Source: Arcobacter sp.
GTDB taxonomy: Bacteria; Campylobacterota; Campylobacteria; Campylobacterales; Arcobacteraceae
DNA: 27,924 bases
Direction: 5' to 3'
Assembly (NCBI GenBank): GCA_965662175.1
Contig: CBFIGT010000007.1
Span: 1 to 27,924 of the forward strand
The position numbers were made by a program, and so were the translations under genes. Below are positions 1-10,600 of the stretch, piece after piece. A model generated the notes under the pieces. It worked only from the letters and a program-made list of their open reading frames with translations, had not been told where the DNA came from and made no database searches. Within the stretch, counting starts at the first letter, position 1. Each line of letters begins with the position of its first letter.

Positions 1-1
1 A

Positions 2-280
2 TATAAAAGCGGCAAAAAATGGCACACGTCATCTTTTGTCGCTTTTTTTAGGTCTGATGAAAAGCTCTCTTTAGCTTTTGTTACTTCAAAAAAAGTGGGC
101 AATGCTGTCCAAAGAAACAAAGCTAGAAGAAGACTTAGAGCCATTGTTTTAGAAAATGAAGAAAAAATCATTTCAGGTAAATATATTTTTGTTGCCAAGC
201 AAGAATTACTTGGAAAAACATATACAGAGCTCAAAAAAGATTTTAATTTTGCATTTAAACGTTTAGAACTGTACAAATGA
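2..280 (+). CDS. rnpA: Ribonuclease P protein component (5'-truncated by window edge)
   Basis: Frame is open from position 2 (YKSGKKWHTSSFVAFF...FVTSKKVGNAVQRNKARRRLRA); RNR motif; lies upstream of yidD-yidC. The GTG at 95 is internal. Confidence 0.95.
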   Translation, partial: YKSGKKWHTSSFVAFFRSDEKLSLAFVTSKKVGNAVQRNKARRRLRAIVLENEEKIISGKYIFVAKQELLGKTYTELKKDFNFAFKRLELYK

Positions 281-609
281 AACTAATATTTAAGTATCTT
301 TTAAAATTTTATCAAACGTTTATTTCTAAATTTACTTATCCAAGTTGTAGATTTTACCCAACTTGTTCAGAATATGCCATATGGCAGTTTGAAAACAACT
401 CTTTTTTTAAGGCGTTTTATTTTACAATAACACGGATATTAAAATGTAATCAGCTTTTTGATGGAGGAATAGATTATCCAAAAGTAAAAAAAGTTCCTTA
501 TAAGAGTATTTTATTTAAAAAGATTAAGGTTAAATATTGGTTAATACCAACAAAAGACAATAAATACATTGTAATTAAAAATTGGGAGAATAAGAAGAAT
601 AATGAATAA
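277..609 (+). CDS. yidD: Membrane protein insertion efficiency factor YidD
   Basis: YQTFIS...CRFYPTCSEYA...RILKCNQLFDGGIDYP motif; between rnpA and yidC; ATGA overlap with rnpA. Confidence 0.95.
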   Translation: MKLIFKYLLKFYQTFISKFTYPSCRFYPTCSEYAIWQFENNSFFKAFYFTITRILKCNQLFDGGIDYPKVKKVPYKSILFKKIKVKYWLIPTKDNKYIVIKNWENKKNNE

Positions 610-2248
610 CGTAAACGGTAATCAAGGTATGCAAAAACGAATGTTAATTATGACATTAGTTGTTTTTGTATTTTTTATAGCATATGAGTTTTTAGTTTTA
701 AAGCCACAACAAGAGGCAAAAGCTGCAAATCAAACTCAAGAGACAAAAGTTGACAATCAAGCTCCAGCAGTTGTAAATAGTTCTAATCCTGCATCAGCAC
801 CACAAAGTACAGATGGAGCAACACCTTCAAATGTTGTTGATGCTTTATCAAGTAAGACAATTGCACCAAATGATATTATTTCAACAATTACTACTGGTAA
901 AAACCTTATTGAAATAGATAAATTAGGTAGAATTGCACAAGTTACACTATTAGAAGAACAGTATATTAATGAAGATAGTTCTCATATTAAACTTTTTGAA
1001 TCAAATCAATTAAGACCATTAGAAGTAAGATTTGCTAATTCAAATATCAATAATCAAGCTTTTAAAGTAAGTGTTATTGCAAGTAGTAGTAAAGTTGATG
1101 CAACTAAAGAAATACAAAAATTAGTTTTAACTCAAAATTTAACTGATACTGTTTTAACAAAAACTTTAACATTTTATCCTGATGGACATTATGATATTGA
1201 TGTAAAAGCTACAAACAATCAACAGTTTTTTATTACACAAGGGTTTAGACCAAATGTTTTAGCTGATATGTATGCTGATCATGGAGTATTAGTTAAACAA
1301 GCTGATGGAATTTTAGATTTAACAGTAGATGAGAATTTAGATAAATCTAAAACATATACTGGTACAAACTTTGTAAGTTCATTTGATAGATATTATGCAA
1401 CAGTAGCTTATAATTTTAATAAAGCACTTCAAGTTTCTTTAATGCCTGACAAAGAATCAAATCCACAAGCTTTTATTCATTCTTATAATAGTGCTATTGA
1501 TTTTTCTGGTTATATTGGACCAAAAGAGTATAAAACTTTAGCTGCCTTAAATAAAGGTTTAACAGATGTTATTGAGTATGGTTGGTTTACATTTATTGCA
1601 AATCCAATGTTTTTATTCTTACAATTTATTCAATCATATGTTGGTAACTGGGGATGGACAATTGTAATTGCAACAATATTAATTAAATTAGTACTTTATC
1701 CATTGTCTTATAAGGGTATGGTATCTATGCAAAAGCTAAAAGATTTAGCTCCAAAGATAAAAGATATTCAAGCTAAATATAAAGATGATAAACAAAAACA
1801 ATCAGCACATATGATGGAATTATATAAAAAACATGGTGCAAATCCTATGGGTGGATGTTTACCATTGATTTTACAAATTCCTGTATTCTTTGCTATTTAT
1901 AGAGTTTTATTAAATGCGATTGAATTAAAAGGTGCTGAGTGGATTTTCTGGATTCAGGATTTGGCAGAGATGGATCCATATTTTGTATTACCAATTTTAA
2001 TGGGTGCAACAATGTTCTTACAACAAAAAATTACACCTAATACATTACAAGATGAAACGCAAAGAAAAATCTTCCAAATGTTACCTGTTTTATTTACGTT
2101 CTTCTTCTTGTGGTTCCCTGCAGGTTTAACACTTTACTGGTTTATTAATAACTTGTTTACAATTGGACAACAATTTTATATTAACAAACTATTTGATAAA
2201 AAAAGAGAAATGGAAAAAGTTAGTAAGAAAGCAGTTAATAACAAATAG
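602..2248 (+). CDS. yidC: Membrane protein insertase YidC
   Basis: N-terminal TM, periplasmic domain, GNWGWTI, NPMGGCLPLILQIPVF, DPYFVLP, FPAGLTLYW motifs. Confidence 0.98.
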   Translation: MNNVNGNQGMQKRMLIMTLVVFVFFIAYEFLVLKPQQEAKAANQTQETKVDNQAPAVVNSSNPASAPQSTDGATPSNVVDALSSKTIAPNDIISTITTGKNLIEIDKLGRIAQVTLLEEQYINEDSSHIKLFESNQLRPLEVRFANSNINNQAFKVSVIASSSKVDATKEIQKLVLTQNLTDTVLTKTLTFYPDGHYDIDVKATNNQQFFITQGFRPNVLADMYADHGVLVKQADGILDLTVDENLDKSKTYTGTNFVSSFDRYYATVAYNFNKALQVSLMPDKESNPQAFIHSYNSAIDFSGYIGPKEYKTLAALNKGLTDVIEYGWFTFIANPMFLFLQFIQSYVGNWGWTIVIATILIKLVLYPLSYKGMVSMQKLKDLAPKIKDIQAKYKDDKQKQSAHMMELYKKHGANPMGGCLPLILQIPVFFAIYRVLLNAIELKGAEWIFWIQDLAEMDPYFVLPILMGATMFLQQKITPNTLQDETQRKIFQMLPVLFTFFFLWFPAGLTLYWFINNLFTIGQQFYINKLFDKKREMEKVSKKAVNNK

Positions 2249-2257
2249 GAAAATATT

Positions 2258-3124
2258 ATGAAAAAATTTGAAGCAAAAACTTTAGAAGAAGTATACGAAT
2301 TAGCGTCAAATGAATTTAGATGTTCAATCACTGATTTAAGCATAGAAATAATCCAACAGCCAAGTAAAGGTTTCCTTGGCTTTGGTAAAAAGAGTGCTAT
2401 TATTAGTGTAGAACTAAAAAGAAAATTTAAAAGAGATAATAAGCCTAGAGAACAAAAATATAGAAAAACTAATATTAATATTGAAGATGTTTCTGAAAAG
2501 ATAGCAAATAGTAATATTGAAAGAAAAAAAGAGCCAAAAAAAGTAGAAGAGAATATTTCAGTACCTAATGTTGAGGGGAAAGAGCAAATATTTGATAAAT
2601 TTTATACTAATGAAAATGACAAAGAAGATGTTGCAAAAATTATTATAAAAAAAGATAAGCAAGAGATTTTAGATGAAGTTAGAGAAAATATCAATAATCT
2701 TTTCTTAAATACATGTTATGAAATAAGTGAAATAAAAGTAGAATTTTATGATGAAGAGACTCTTTATATAGAGTTTAATGGAGAAGATTCAGCACTTTTA
2801 ATTGGTAAAGAGGGATATAGATATAAAGCTTTATCTTATATTTTATTTAACTGGATTAATGAAAAATATAATCTTATGCTAAGACTTGAAGTTGCTGAAT
2901 TTTTGAAAAATCAGGAGCAATCAATTTATAACTATTTAGAACCTGTTATTGAAACTATTAAAGAAACAGGTAGTTTTAAAACAAAACCCCTAGATGGAAT
3001 TTTAGTACATATTGCACTTAAAAAATTAAGAGATGAGTTTCCTAATAAATATGTTGCCGTTAAAACAAATGTTAAAGGCGATAAATATGTATTAGTAAAT
3101 GAGTATAGAAGTAAGCAAAACTAA
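2258..3124 (+). CDS. jag: Jag/KhpB (EloR) family RNA-binding protein
   Basis: Jag N-terminal domain (EIIQQPSKGFLGFGKK), KH domain GxxG (LLIGKEG); canonical position between yidC and mnmE. Confidence 0.9.
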   Translation: MKKFEAKTLEEVYELASNEFRCSITDLSIEIIQQPSKGFLGFGKKSAIISVELKRKFKRDNKPREQKYRKTNINIEDVSEKIANSNIERKKEPKKVEENISVPNVEGKEQIFDKFYTNENDKEDVAKIIIKKDKQEILDEVRENINNLFLNTCYEISEIKVEFYDEETLYIEFNGEDSALLIGKEGYRYKALSYILFNWINEKYNLMLRLEVAEFLKNQEQSIYNYLEPVIETIKETGSFKTKPLDGILVHIALKKLRDEFPNKYVAVKTNVKGDKYVLVNEYRSKQN

Positions 3125-3126
3125 TT

Positions 3127-4467
3127 ATGTTTAATGAAACTATTGCTGCAATTGCAACGGCCAATGGAATTGGTTCTATTTCTATTATTAGAGTAAGTGG
3201 TAAAGATGCTTTATCATTTGCTTTAAAACTTTCAAAAAAAGATAACTTAACTCCTAGATATGCTACATTATCAAATATTTATAACTCAAATGGTGAGATA
3301 ATTGATGAGGCATTACTTATATATTTTAAAAATCCTTACTCATTTACAGGTGAAGATATAGTTGAATTTCAGTGTCATGGTGGAGTTGCTATTTCAAATA
3401 TTATGCTTGAAGAGCTTATTAAATTAGGAGCTAGATTAGCAAATCCAGGTGAGTTTTCTAAAAGAGCATTTTTAAATAATAAAATTGATTTATCAAAAGC
3501 AGAAGCAATTGCTAAACTTATTGAAGCTAGAAGTGAAGATGCTGTTAAACTTTTAGCTAGGCAATTAAAAGGTGAATTAACAAATTTTGTAAACGATATT
3601 AGGGATGATTTACTCTTTATGTTAGCTTACACTGAGGTAAATATTGATTATGCAGAAGAGGATTTACCAGCTGATATTTTTGAGCAAATTGAAAATAAAC
3701 TTGAAAAAATTCTTATAAAATTATCTGATACTTTAGAATCAAGTAAAAGAAGAGAGGGTTTAATAGAGGGTTTCAAAGTAGCAATTATTGGTAAACCTAA
3801 TGTTGGTAAATCATCTTTATTGAATAAGCTTTTAAATTTTGACAGGGCTATTATAAGTGATATCGCAGGAACTACTAGAGATACAATTGAGGAGTCAGTT
3901 AGAATTGGCACTCATATTATAAAAATTGTTGATACAGCAGGAATACGTGAAGCTAGTGATGTTATTGAAAAAATTGGAATTGAGAAATCATTAAGTGCTG
4001 TAAATGAAGCTGATATTATAATTTCATTATTTGATAACTCAAAAGAGTGTGATAGTGAAGATAAAAAAATATTATCTATTTTAAATGATATTTCAGATAA
4101 AGAAAAAATTGTTGTATTAAATAAAATTGACTTAGAGAATAAGTTTGATAAATCAGTTTTAAAAGATGAATATGTTGAGTTAAGTACAAAAAACAGTATT
4201 AATGAATTAATAGCAAGAATAGAGAAAATATTAGATAATAATTCCCATGATGATAATATGACTCTAATATCAAAAAGACAAGTTGATGCTGTAGAGAAGA
4301 CCCTTTATCATATTTTAGAATCTAAAACACCACTTATTACAGGTGAATTAGAGTTTTTTGCACATCATATAAATGAATCTATTGAAAATATCTCTATGAT
4401 TACAAGGCCTTATGAGAATGATCAGATGTTAGATATTATGTTTGGCTCTTTCTGTTTAGGAAAATAG
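3127..4467 (+). CDS. mnmE: tRNA modification GTPase MnmE (TrmE)
   Basis: TIAAIAT, SFTGEDIVEFQCHGG, GKPNVGKSS, GTTRD, DTAG, NKID, C-terminal FCLGK. Confidence 0.99.
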   Translation: MFNETIAAIATANGIGSISIIRVSGKDALSFALKLSKKDNLTPRYATLSNIYNSNGEIIDEALLIYFKNPYSFTGEDIVEFQCHGGVAISNIMLEELIKLGARLANPGEFSKRAFLNNKIDLSKAEAIAKLIEARSEDAVKLLARQLKGELTNFVNDIRDDLLFMLAYTEVNIDYAEEDLPADIFEQIENKLEKILIKLSDTLESSKRREGLIEGFKVAIIGKPNVGKSSLLNKLLNFDRAIISDIAGTTRDTIEESVRIGTHIIKIVDTAGIREASDVIEKIGIEKSLSAVNEADIIISLFDNSKECDSEDKKILSILNDISDKEKIVVLNKIDLENKFDKSVLKDEYVELSTKNSINELIARIEKILDNNSHDDNMTLISKRQVDAVEKTLYHILESKTPLITGELEFFAHHINESIENISMITRPYENDQMLDIMFGSFCLGK

Positions 4468-4944
4468 TTAAGGTTTTTCTATCCAGATTAATTTAGCATT
4501 CTCTTTTGCTATGTTTATCCAAGTATTAGTATCAAACTCTATTTTTAAAACTTCACCTGGTTTTATCTCCTCTTTATAAACATCTAAAACTATTGTTAAT
4601 GCTGTCAATGATGGATTGTGTCCAATTAAAAACATTTCATTGACACTATCAAATGTATAAGTTATAGTTTCAAATAATTCATTTACAAAGGCTTGAAAAA
4701 GTACTTCATTGTACATTATATTTTTATCATATTTTAAAATTTTAGATACAATTTCAGCTGTTTGTCTTGTCCTAGAAGCAGGACTAGCTACAATTAAATC
4801 AGGCTTTATTTTTAAAGAGTATAAATTTTCAGCAATTATTTTTGCCTCTTCTAATCCCTCTTTTGATAATTTAATATCAAAATCATCTTGATTAGGTATT
4901 GCAATCTCTTTGTGAGGATGTCTCATTATATAAAGTGTTTTCAT
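4468..4944 (-). CDS. sixA: SixA-like phosphohistidine phosphatase (histidine phosphatase superfamily)
   Basis: MKTLYIMRH, SPASRTRQTA, LIGHNPSL motifs; 158 aa. Confidence 0.85.
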   Translation of the reverse strand: MKTLYIMRHPHKEIAIPNQDDFDIKLSKEGLEEAKIIAENLYSLKIKPDLIVASPASRTRQTAEIVSKILKYDKNIMYNEVLFQAFVNELFETITYTFDSVNEMFLIGHNPSLTALTIVLDVYKEEIKPGEVLKIEFDTNTWINIAKENAKLIWIEKP

Positions 4945-5090
4945 CTATTTAGTCCAAATATTGATTTATAAAATTATTTGTTATATTGTAAGGAATTTTA
5001 CCTAGAAAAAAAATAAAATAGAGATTATTTTTATTGATTAAATATTTATTAATATTAAAGTAATAAAATTATAAAAATAAAAGGAGATTT

Positions 5091-5942
5091 ATGGAACAAA
5101 TTAAGACTATTTTCTTTCTTACGCTTTTAACGGTATTATTTGTATTTATTGGTTTTTCTTTTGGTGGTGCAAATGGTGCATTAATTGCATTTTTACTTGC
5201 CGCTGGAATGAACTTTTATGCATATTATTATTCTGATAAGCATGTATTAAAACATTATAATGCTGTTCCAATTGAAGATAGAACAAACTATATTTATAAA
5301 ATTGTTCAAAAATTAACATATAAGGCAAATTTACCTATGCCAAAAATATATATTATTCCAGATAGTGTACCAAATGCTTTTGCAACAGGAAGAAATCATA
5401 ATAATTCAGCAGTCGCTGTAACTCAAGGTTTGGTAAATTTATTAAATGAGAAAGAGATTGAAGCTGTTATTGCTCATGAATTATCTCATATAAAACATTA
5501 TGATATTTTGATTGGTACAATTGCTGCTGTTTTTGCAGGAGCTATTGCTATGATAGCAAATATGATGCAATTTTCTTCAATGTTTGGAGGAAATAATCGA
5601 CAAGGTGTAAATCCTATTGTTATGCTTTTACTAGCAATTATAGTTCCTATAGCAGCTTCAGTTATACAAATGACTGTAAGTAGAAGTAGAGAGTTTTTAG
5701 CAGATGAAGGGGCTGCTAGAATTACAAATAATCCAGCAGCTTTACAAAGTGCTCTTTCAAAGCTAGAAAGCTATGCTAAAAGAGGTGATTTACATGAAGC
5801 AACAGAAGAGACCGCACATATGTTTATCATAAATCCTTTTTCAGGAAGAGATATAAAGTTTGGAAATTTGTTTAGAACACATCCTACAACGGAAGATAGA
5901 ATCGCAAGACTTGAAGAGTTGAAGTTTGAATTAGAGAAATAA
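5091..5942 (+). CDS. htpX: Zinc metalloprotease HtpX (M48)
   Basis: PNAFATG, AHELSH (HExxH), [12 protein letters not shown] motifs; AAGGAG SD upstream. Confidence 0.97.
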   Translation: MEQIKTIFFLTLLTVLFVFIGFSFGGANGALIAFLLAAGMNFYAYYYSDKHVLKHYNAVPIEDRTNYIYKIVQKLTYKANLPMPKIYIIPDSVPNAFATGRNHNNSAVAVTQGLVNLLNEKEIEAVIAHELSHIKHYDILIGTIAAVFAGAIAMIANMMQFSSMFGGNNRQGVNPIVMLLLAIIVPIAASVIQMTVSRSREFLADEGAARITNNPAALQSALSKLESYAKRGDLHEATEETAHMFIINPFSGRDIKFGNLFRTHPTTEDRIARLEELKFELEK

Positions 5943-5966
5943 GTAAAGATAAAAAGAGTTAATATT

Positions 5967-7025
5967 TTATTTAAATATTAACTCAATAATAGTACCTTTA
6001 TTTTCTTGTGAGTTGATTTTTATTTCCATTTCTAATTCTAAAACTAATCTATGAACAATATGCATTCCAATACCGTGACCTAGTTCATTTTCAGTGTATG
6101 ATCTTTCAAAAACTTTTTTTGGGAACTTTATTCCTTTTCCATTATCTTTTATATTTAAGATATTGTTATTAAAACTTATATCTATTTTTGGATTTTCACT
6201 TGAATATTTACAAGCATTTGATAAAATATTTTCTATAATTCTTGAAATTGCTTTTTCATTTGAGTCTACAAGCATATCTTTTTTTTCGATATTTATTTTA
6301 ACTTCTGGAAATAATATTTTAAAATTTTCTTCTTTTATTTTAAGTATTTGATATAAGTTTAGTTTCTCTTTTTTTATATCTTTATTTAAAAAGATTTCAA
6401 GGTTTTCATACAGTGAAGCTATGTTTTTTGCACTTTGTTCAATTCTATAAATCTTTTTCTTTGCTTTTTCATCTTTTATTTCACGACTTAAAATTTTGCT
6501 ATTTAGTAAAATTGCAGTTGAGGGGGTATTTAAATCATGAATCAAATCTTTTATAAATCTATCAAGATGAGTTATTGTTTCATTCATAGGTTTTAAAGAT
6601 ATTTTTGCAAGAATAAAACTAATAATCAAAAAAACTATATGAGAAATAATTTGCCAAAAGAGTACAAAATGTTTCGCTTTTTTTATTTCATTATCAATAA
6701 TAGTTGCATCTATTTTTACTAAAATATTATGATTATCTATTACAGAGGGAAATACTTTTGTATAAAAATTACCTTCTTTAATTGGGAGTTGGTATTTTAC
6801 GATATCTTTTTTTATACGCTCAAAACTATAAGATTTTTGAACATATGTGAAGTTTTTCTGTTTTTGAGTAATAATATACTCATGCATTTTCATAGCATGT
6901 TTTTGAAGAATAAATGTTTTTTGTTGTCCATGATAAATATACCCTAAAATAAGTATAAAAATAGCAGTTGATAAAAAGTATATCAATGTAAATTTTATAA
7001 GGGATTTTTTTTCATAATTGTTCAC
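5967..7025 (-). CDS. Two-component sensor histidine kinase
   Basis: Two TM segments, H-box IHDLNTP, N-box NILSNACKY, DNGKG, GHGIGM; GTG start overlaps the response regulator 3' end. Confidence 0.95.
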   Translation of the reverse strand: MNNYEKKSLIKFTLIYFLSTAIFILILGYIYHGQQKTFILQKHAMKMHEYIITQKQKNFTYVQKSYSFERIKKDIVKYQLPIKEGNFYTKVFPSVIDNHNILVKIDATIIDNEIKKAKHFVLFWQIISHIVFLIISFILAKISLKPMNETITHLDRFIKDLIHDLNTPSTAILLNSKILSREIKDEKAKKKIYRIEQSAKNIASLYENLEIFLNKDIKKEKLNLYQILKIKEENFKILFPEVKINIEKKDMLVDSNEKAISRIIENILSNACKYSSENPKIDISFNNNILNIKDNGKGIKFPKKVFERSYTENELGHGIGMHIVHRLVLELEMEIKINSQENKGTIIELIFK

Positions 7026-7665
7026 ATTTATATCCTATTCCTCTTAAGTTTATGATATTTAATCCAAGTTTTTTTAGCTTTGAAATTTGTACTCTCAAAG
7101 CTGCTTCACTTCCCTCTTCACCTTCATGTATATGGTATAAAATCTCCTCTTTAGAGATGATTTTATCAATATTTTTAATAAAAAGTTCAAAAAGTTTGAA
7201 CTCAAAAGGAGATAAATGAACTTCTATATTATCTTTAAAAATTAGCTCTTTTTTTATATCAAATCTTAGGTTTTTATATACAATAGACTCTCCATAAGAT
7301 TTAAAAGATTTCTTAATTTGAGCATTTATTCTAATAATAAGTTCATCTAAATCAAAAGGTTTTTTTATATAATCATCTGCTCCAATTTTAAAACCTTTTG
7401 AAAGTGATTCTATATCAATTCGTGCTGTTATAAAAATAGCAGGGGTTAAATCCCCACTTTGTCTTAAATCATTTAATAATTCAAAACCATTTAAAAAAGG
7501 TACATTTACATCAAATAAAAATATATCATAGTTTTTTATAAAGCTTTTTTCTAAAGCTAATTTTCCATCTTTTACCCAAGTTGTTTCAAAGCCCTCAGCC
7601 TCTAAGATATCAAAAATTGTATCTCCTAAGATTAAATCATCTTCAAGTAAAAGTATTTTATACAT
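7012..7665 (-). CDS. OmpR/PhoB-family response regulator
   Basis: Receiver domain (LLEDD, FDVNVP, ITAR, KPF) plus winged-helix (LSPFEFKL, LRVQISKLK, RGIGY). Confidence 0.96.
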   Translation of the reverse strand: MYKILLLEDDLILGDTIFDILEAEGFETTWVKDGKLALEKSFIKNYDIFLFDVNVPFLNGFELLNDLRQSGDLTPAIFITARIDIESLSKGFKIGADDYIKKPFDLDELIIRINAQIKKSFKSYGESIVYKNLRFDIKKELIFKDNIEVHLSPFEFKLFELFIKNIDKIISKEEILYHIHEGEEGSEAALRVQISKLKKLGLNIINLRGIGYKCEQL

Positions 7666-7689
7666 CTTATTTCCTTCGATTAAAATATG

Positions 7690-7698
7690 ATTATATCA
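7690..7698 (-). promoter_or_regulatory. Extended -10 promoter (TGaTATAAT) for the response regulator/kinase pair
   Basis: Minus strand reads TGA-TATAAT, the TGA being the RND stop codon; 24 nt upstream of the regulator ATG with an AAGGA SD between. Confidence 0.6.
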
Positions 7699-10600
7699 AC
7701 TTTTAGATTTATGCATCCAAACAAAAAATAGAGGAATAAAAATTAGCGTTAAAAATGTTCCTACTATCAATCCTCCAATTACAACAGCACCCAAAGGAGC
7801 TAATCTCTCTAATCCAATTGCCCAGCCAAGAGAAACAGGAATCATCCCAACGCTTACACTAATAGCTGTCATTAAAACAGGTCTTGTTCTTGTTTTGATA
7901 CTTTCAATCATTGCCTCTTTTGCATCAAGTCCATTATGTAATTTTTCTAGTGCAAAGTGAATCAATAAAATAGCATTATTTACAATTACTCCTGCTAGCA
8001 AAATAAAGCCAATCATAGCACTCATAGAACTATGATAATCAAGTAATATAAGTATCCATGAAGCACCACCAATAGTCAAAGGAATTGATAAAATTATCAA
8101 AATTGGTATTTTCAAAGAGTTAAACATAGGAATCATAACTAAAAATATTAATACAATTCCAATTCCAACTGCTTTTACTATTCTAATTGAAGAGTCTTGA
8201 AACTGTTGTATATCTCCTGTATGTATTAGTTTTATATCATTTGGTAATACTATATCTTTTGAAGCCTCCTCGAAGTTTGCCATTAGATGAGAGATAGAAG
8301 CTTTCTCTCTAAAACCTAAAATATCAATAGTATAATCTAAATTCTCTCTTGTGATAATATTTGGTTCTAACTCTTTACTAAGTGTTGCGATTGCATTTAA
8401 AGGAATTTTACCTTTTGGTGTTGTTATTAAAAGTGTCTCTAAAGATTTGATACTTTTAATACTTTTTTTCTCAACCCAAACTCTAACTGGAAAATCAATA
8501 CTATTATTAATAGGAAATAAAGAGATATTAGCACCTCTTAAAACAGCTTGAACTTGTGCTACTATATCTTTTTCTTTTATTTCATAATTGAAAGCTTTTT
8601 TCTTATCTATATTTAAAATATATGAAATATTATCAATCTCCCAAGATTTACTTACATTTACAATTCCTTTTGTTTCATACATAGCTTTTTCATACTCTAA
8701 AGCTTTGTCATAAAGCTTATTTAAATCATTTCCATATAAAGTAACATCAATATTAGCTTTAATACTAGCCATCGCTGTAGCACCTGAATCACTCACTTCT
8801 AATCTTTTTATATTAGGAATTAAAGCTAGTTTTTCTCTTAAGTCTCTTTCAATATCCCAAATAGTGTTTTTTCGCTCGAACCTATTTACATAGTTTGCAA
8901 CTATTAAAATAGTATTAACTCCACCACCACTTCCGATACTTAAAACAGATGCTTCTCCTCCTATTGAAGAGGAAATTGTTTGAATCTGTTTATCTTCTAA
9001 AAGTATCTTTTCTGCTTGATTTAAAATCTCTTCTGTTTTTTCAATTGCTAAGTTTGAATCTGTTTGAATTTTTATTTTAACAGCACCTGTGTCCATTGCT
9101 GGCATTAACTCTTGTCCTGCCATTGGCATTACTATTTTTGCACTTACAAGAAAAAGAACAAAAAGTCCAAAAAGATAGAGTGTTGCAATAGATTTTTTTT
9201 CTAAAGCTAATTCTGTAGAACTTACAAAAAATTTAGCAAAAAAGTCATTTAGTTTTTTACTTAAGATATTGAATTTTTCTTCTAAATTTAGAAGATGTTT
9301 GTTGTTTATTGCTAAAATTTTTGTAGAAATAAGTGGAACAAAAGTAATAGATACAAAATATGAAGCAATAAGTGCTAAAAGTAGAGTTCCAATAAGTGGA
9401 CCAAATACTGTTTGTGGATAATCTCCTACAAACAAAATAGGAAGTAGAGCAATAATAGTTGTCAAAGTTCCAGAAAAATCTGCAAACATAATTTCACTTG
9501 TTCCATCTTCAACGGCTTTTCCCATAGGTTTTTTTAAAGAGCTAAAATGTCTTTCAATATTTTCAACAACTACAACTGTATCATCAAGTAATAGTCCTAA
9601 AGCTAGTATAATAGCTGTCAAAGTGATGATATTAAATTCAAAATCAAAAAGCCACATTAAAGCTAAAGTTGAGATATAAACCATTGGAATAGTAAAAAGA
9701 ACTACTAAAAGTTGTCTAAATGAAGCTAAAAAAATAAAGACAACAATCATAGACATAATAATAGCATCCCTTAAAGATTCAAACATATTTGAAGTACTTT
9801 GAATAATAGTTGTTTTTTGAGTATCTGTTATTTCAAAAGATAAATTTGGATACTCATTTTTAACTCTTTCTAACTCTTTTTCAACAGCTTCAATACTTGA
9901 AATTACATCAGCATTATCATTTCTTTGTATACTCAAAGCGATAGCTTTTTTACCATTTCCATGATAAATAGCACTATTATTATAGTGCCCAAAATAGATA
10001 TTTGCTACATCTTTAAGTTTTAAATCTTTTGAAATTTGTATCTCTTGTAACTTATGAATAGCATCTTTTTGCTCTTTTATTTTTAATAAAAATCTATTTG
10101 TTTTATTATCAACAGTTCCTAAAGCATAGTCTTTATTATTTTGTTTTACGATATCCATAACTTCTAAAAGTGTAAGATTATATCTATCAAGCTTACTTTT
10201 ATCTACTATTATTTGTAGCTCTTTTTTATAGCCTCCAAAAATATCTACATTTGCGATACCTGGAAGTTTTAAAAACTCTTTTGAGATATCATTTTGTAAA
10301 ATCTGTCTGATACTTTCAAGTTCTAAACTATTTTTTGATGAAACTGATATCGTAATAATAGGTGCAGTTGATTCTGATATTTTATCTATTTGTGGCTCTA
10401 AAATATCACTTGGAAGTGAAGATTTTATTTTATCAATTGCATTTCTTACATCACTAGTGGCATCTATTAAACTTTTTTCATAGTTAAATTCAGCCTTTAT
10501 TACACAAACTTCATCAATAGTTGAAGAGTAAACTCTTCTTATTTTATCAATTGTATATAGTTCGCTCTCAACAGCAATAGCGATATTTGAAGCCATATCT

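Noticed and set aside
1..5090. oriC/DnaA-box cluster near rnpA-yidC-mnmE
   Set aside because: No dnaA in the window; only scattered partial TTATCCA matches inside coding sequence.
7950..8000. RND TM10 has VNNAIL instead of the AcrB-type KNAIL proton-relay Lys
   Set aside because: A common variant in RND subfamilies; the DD and RPVLMT residues are intact.
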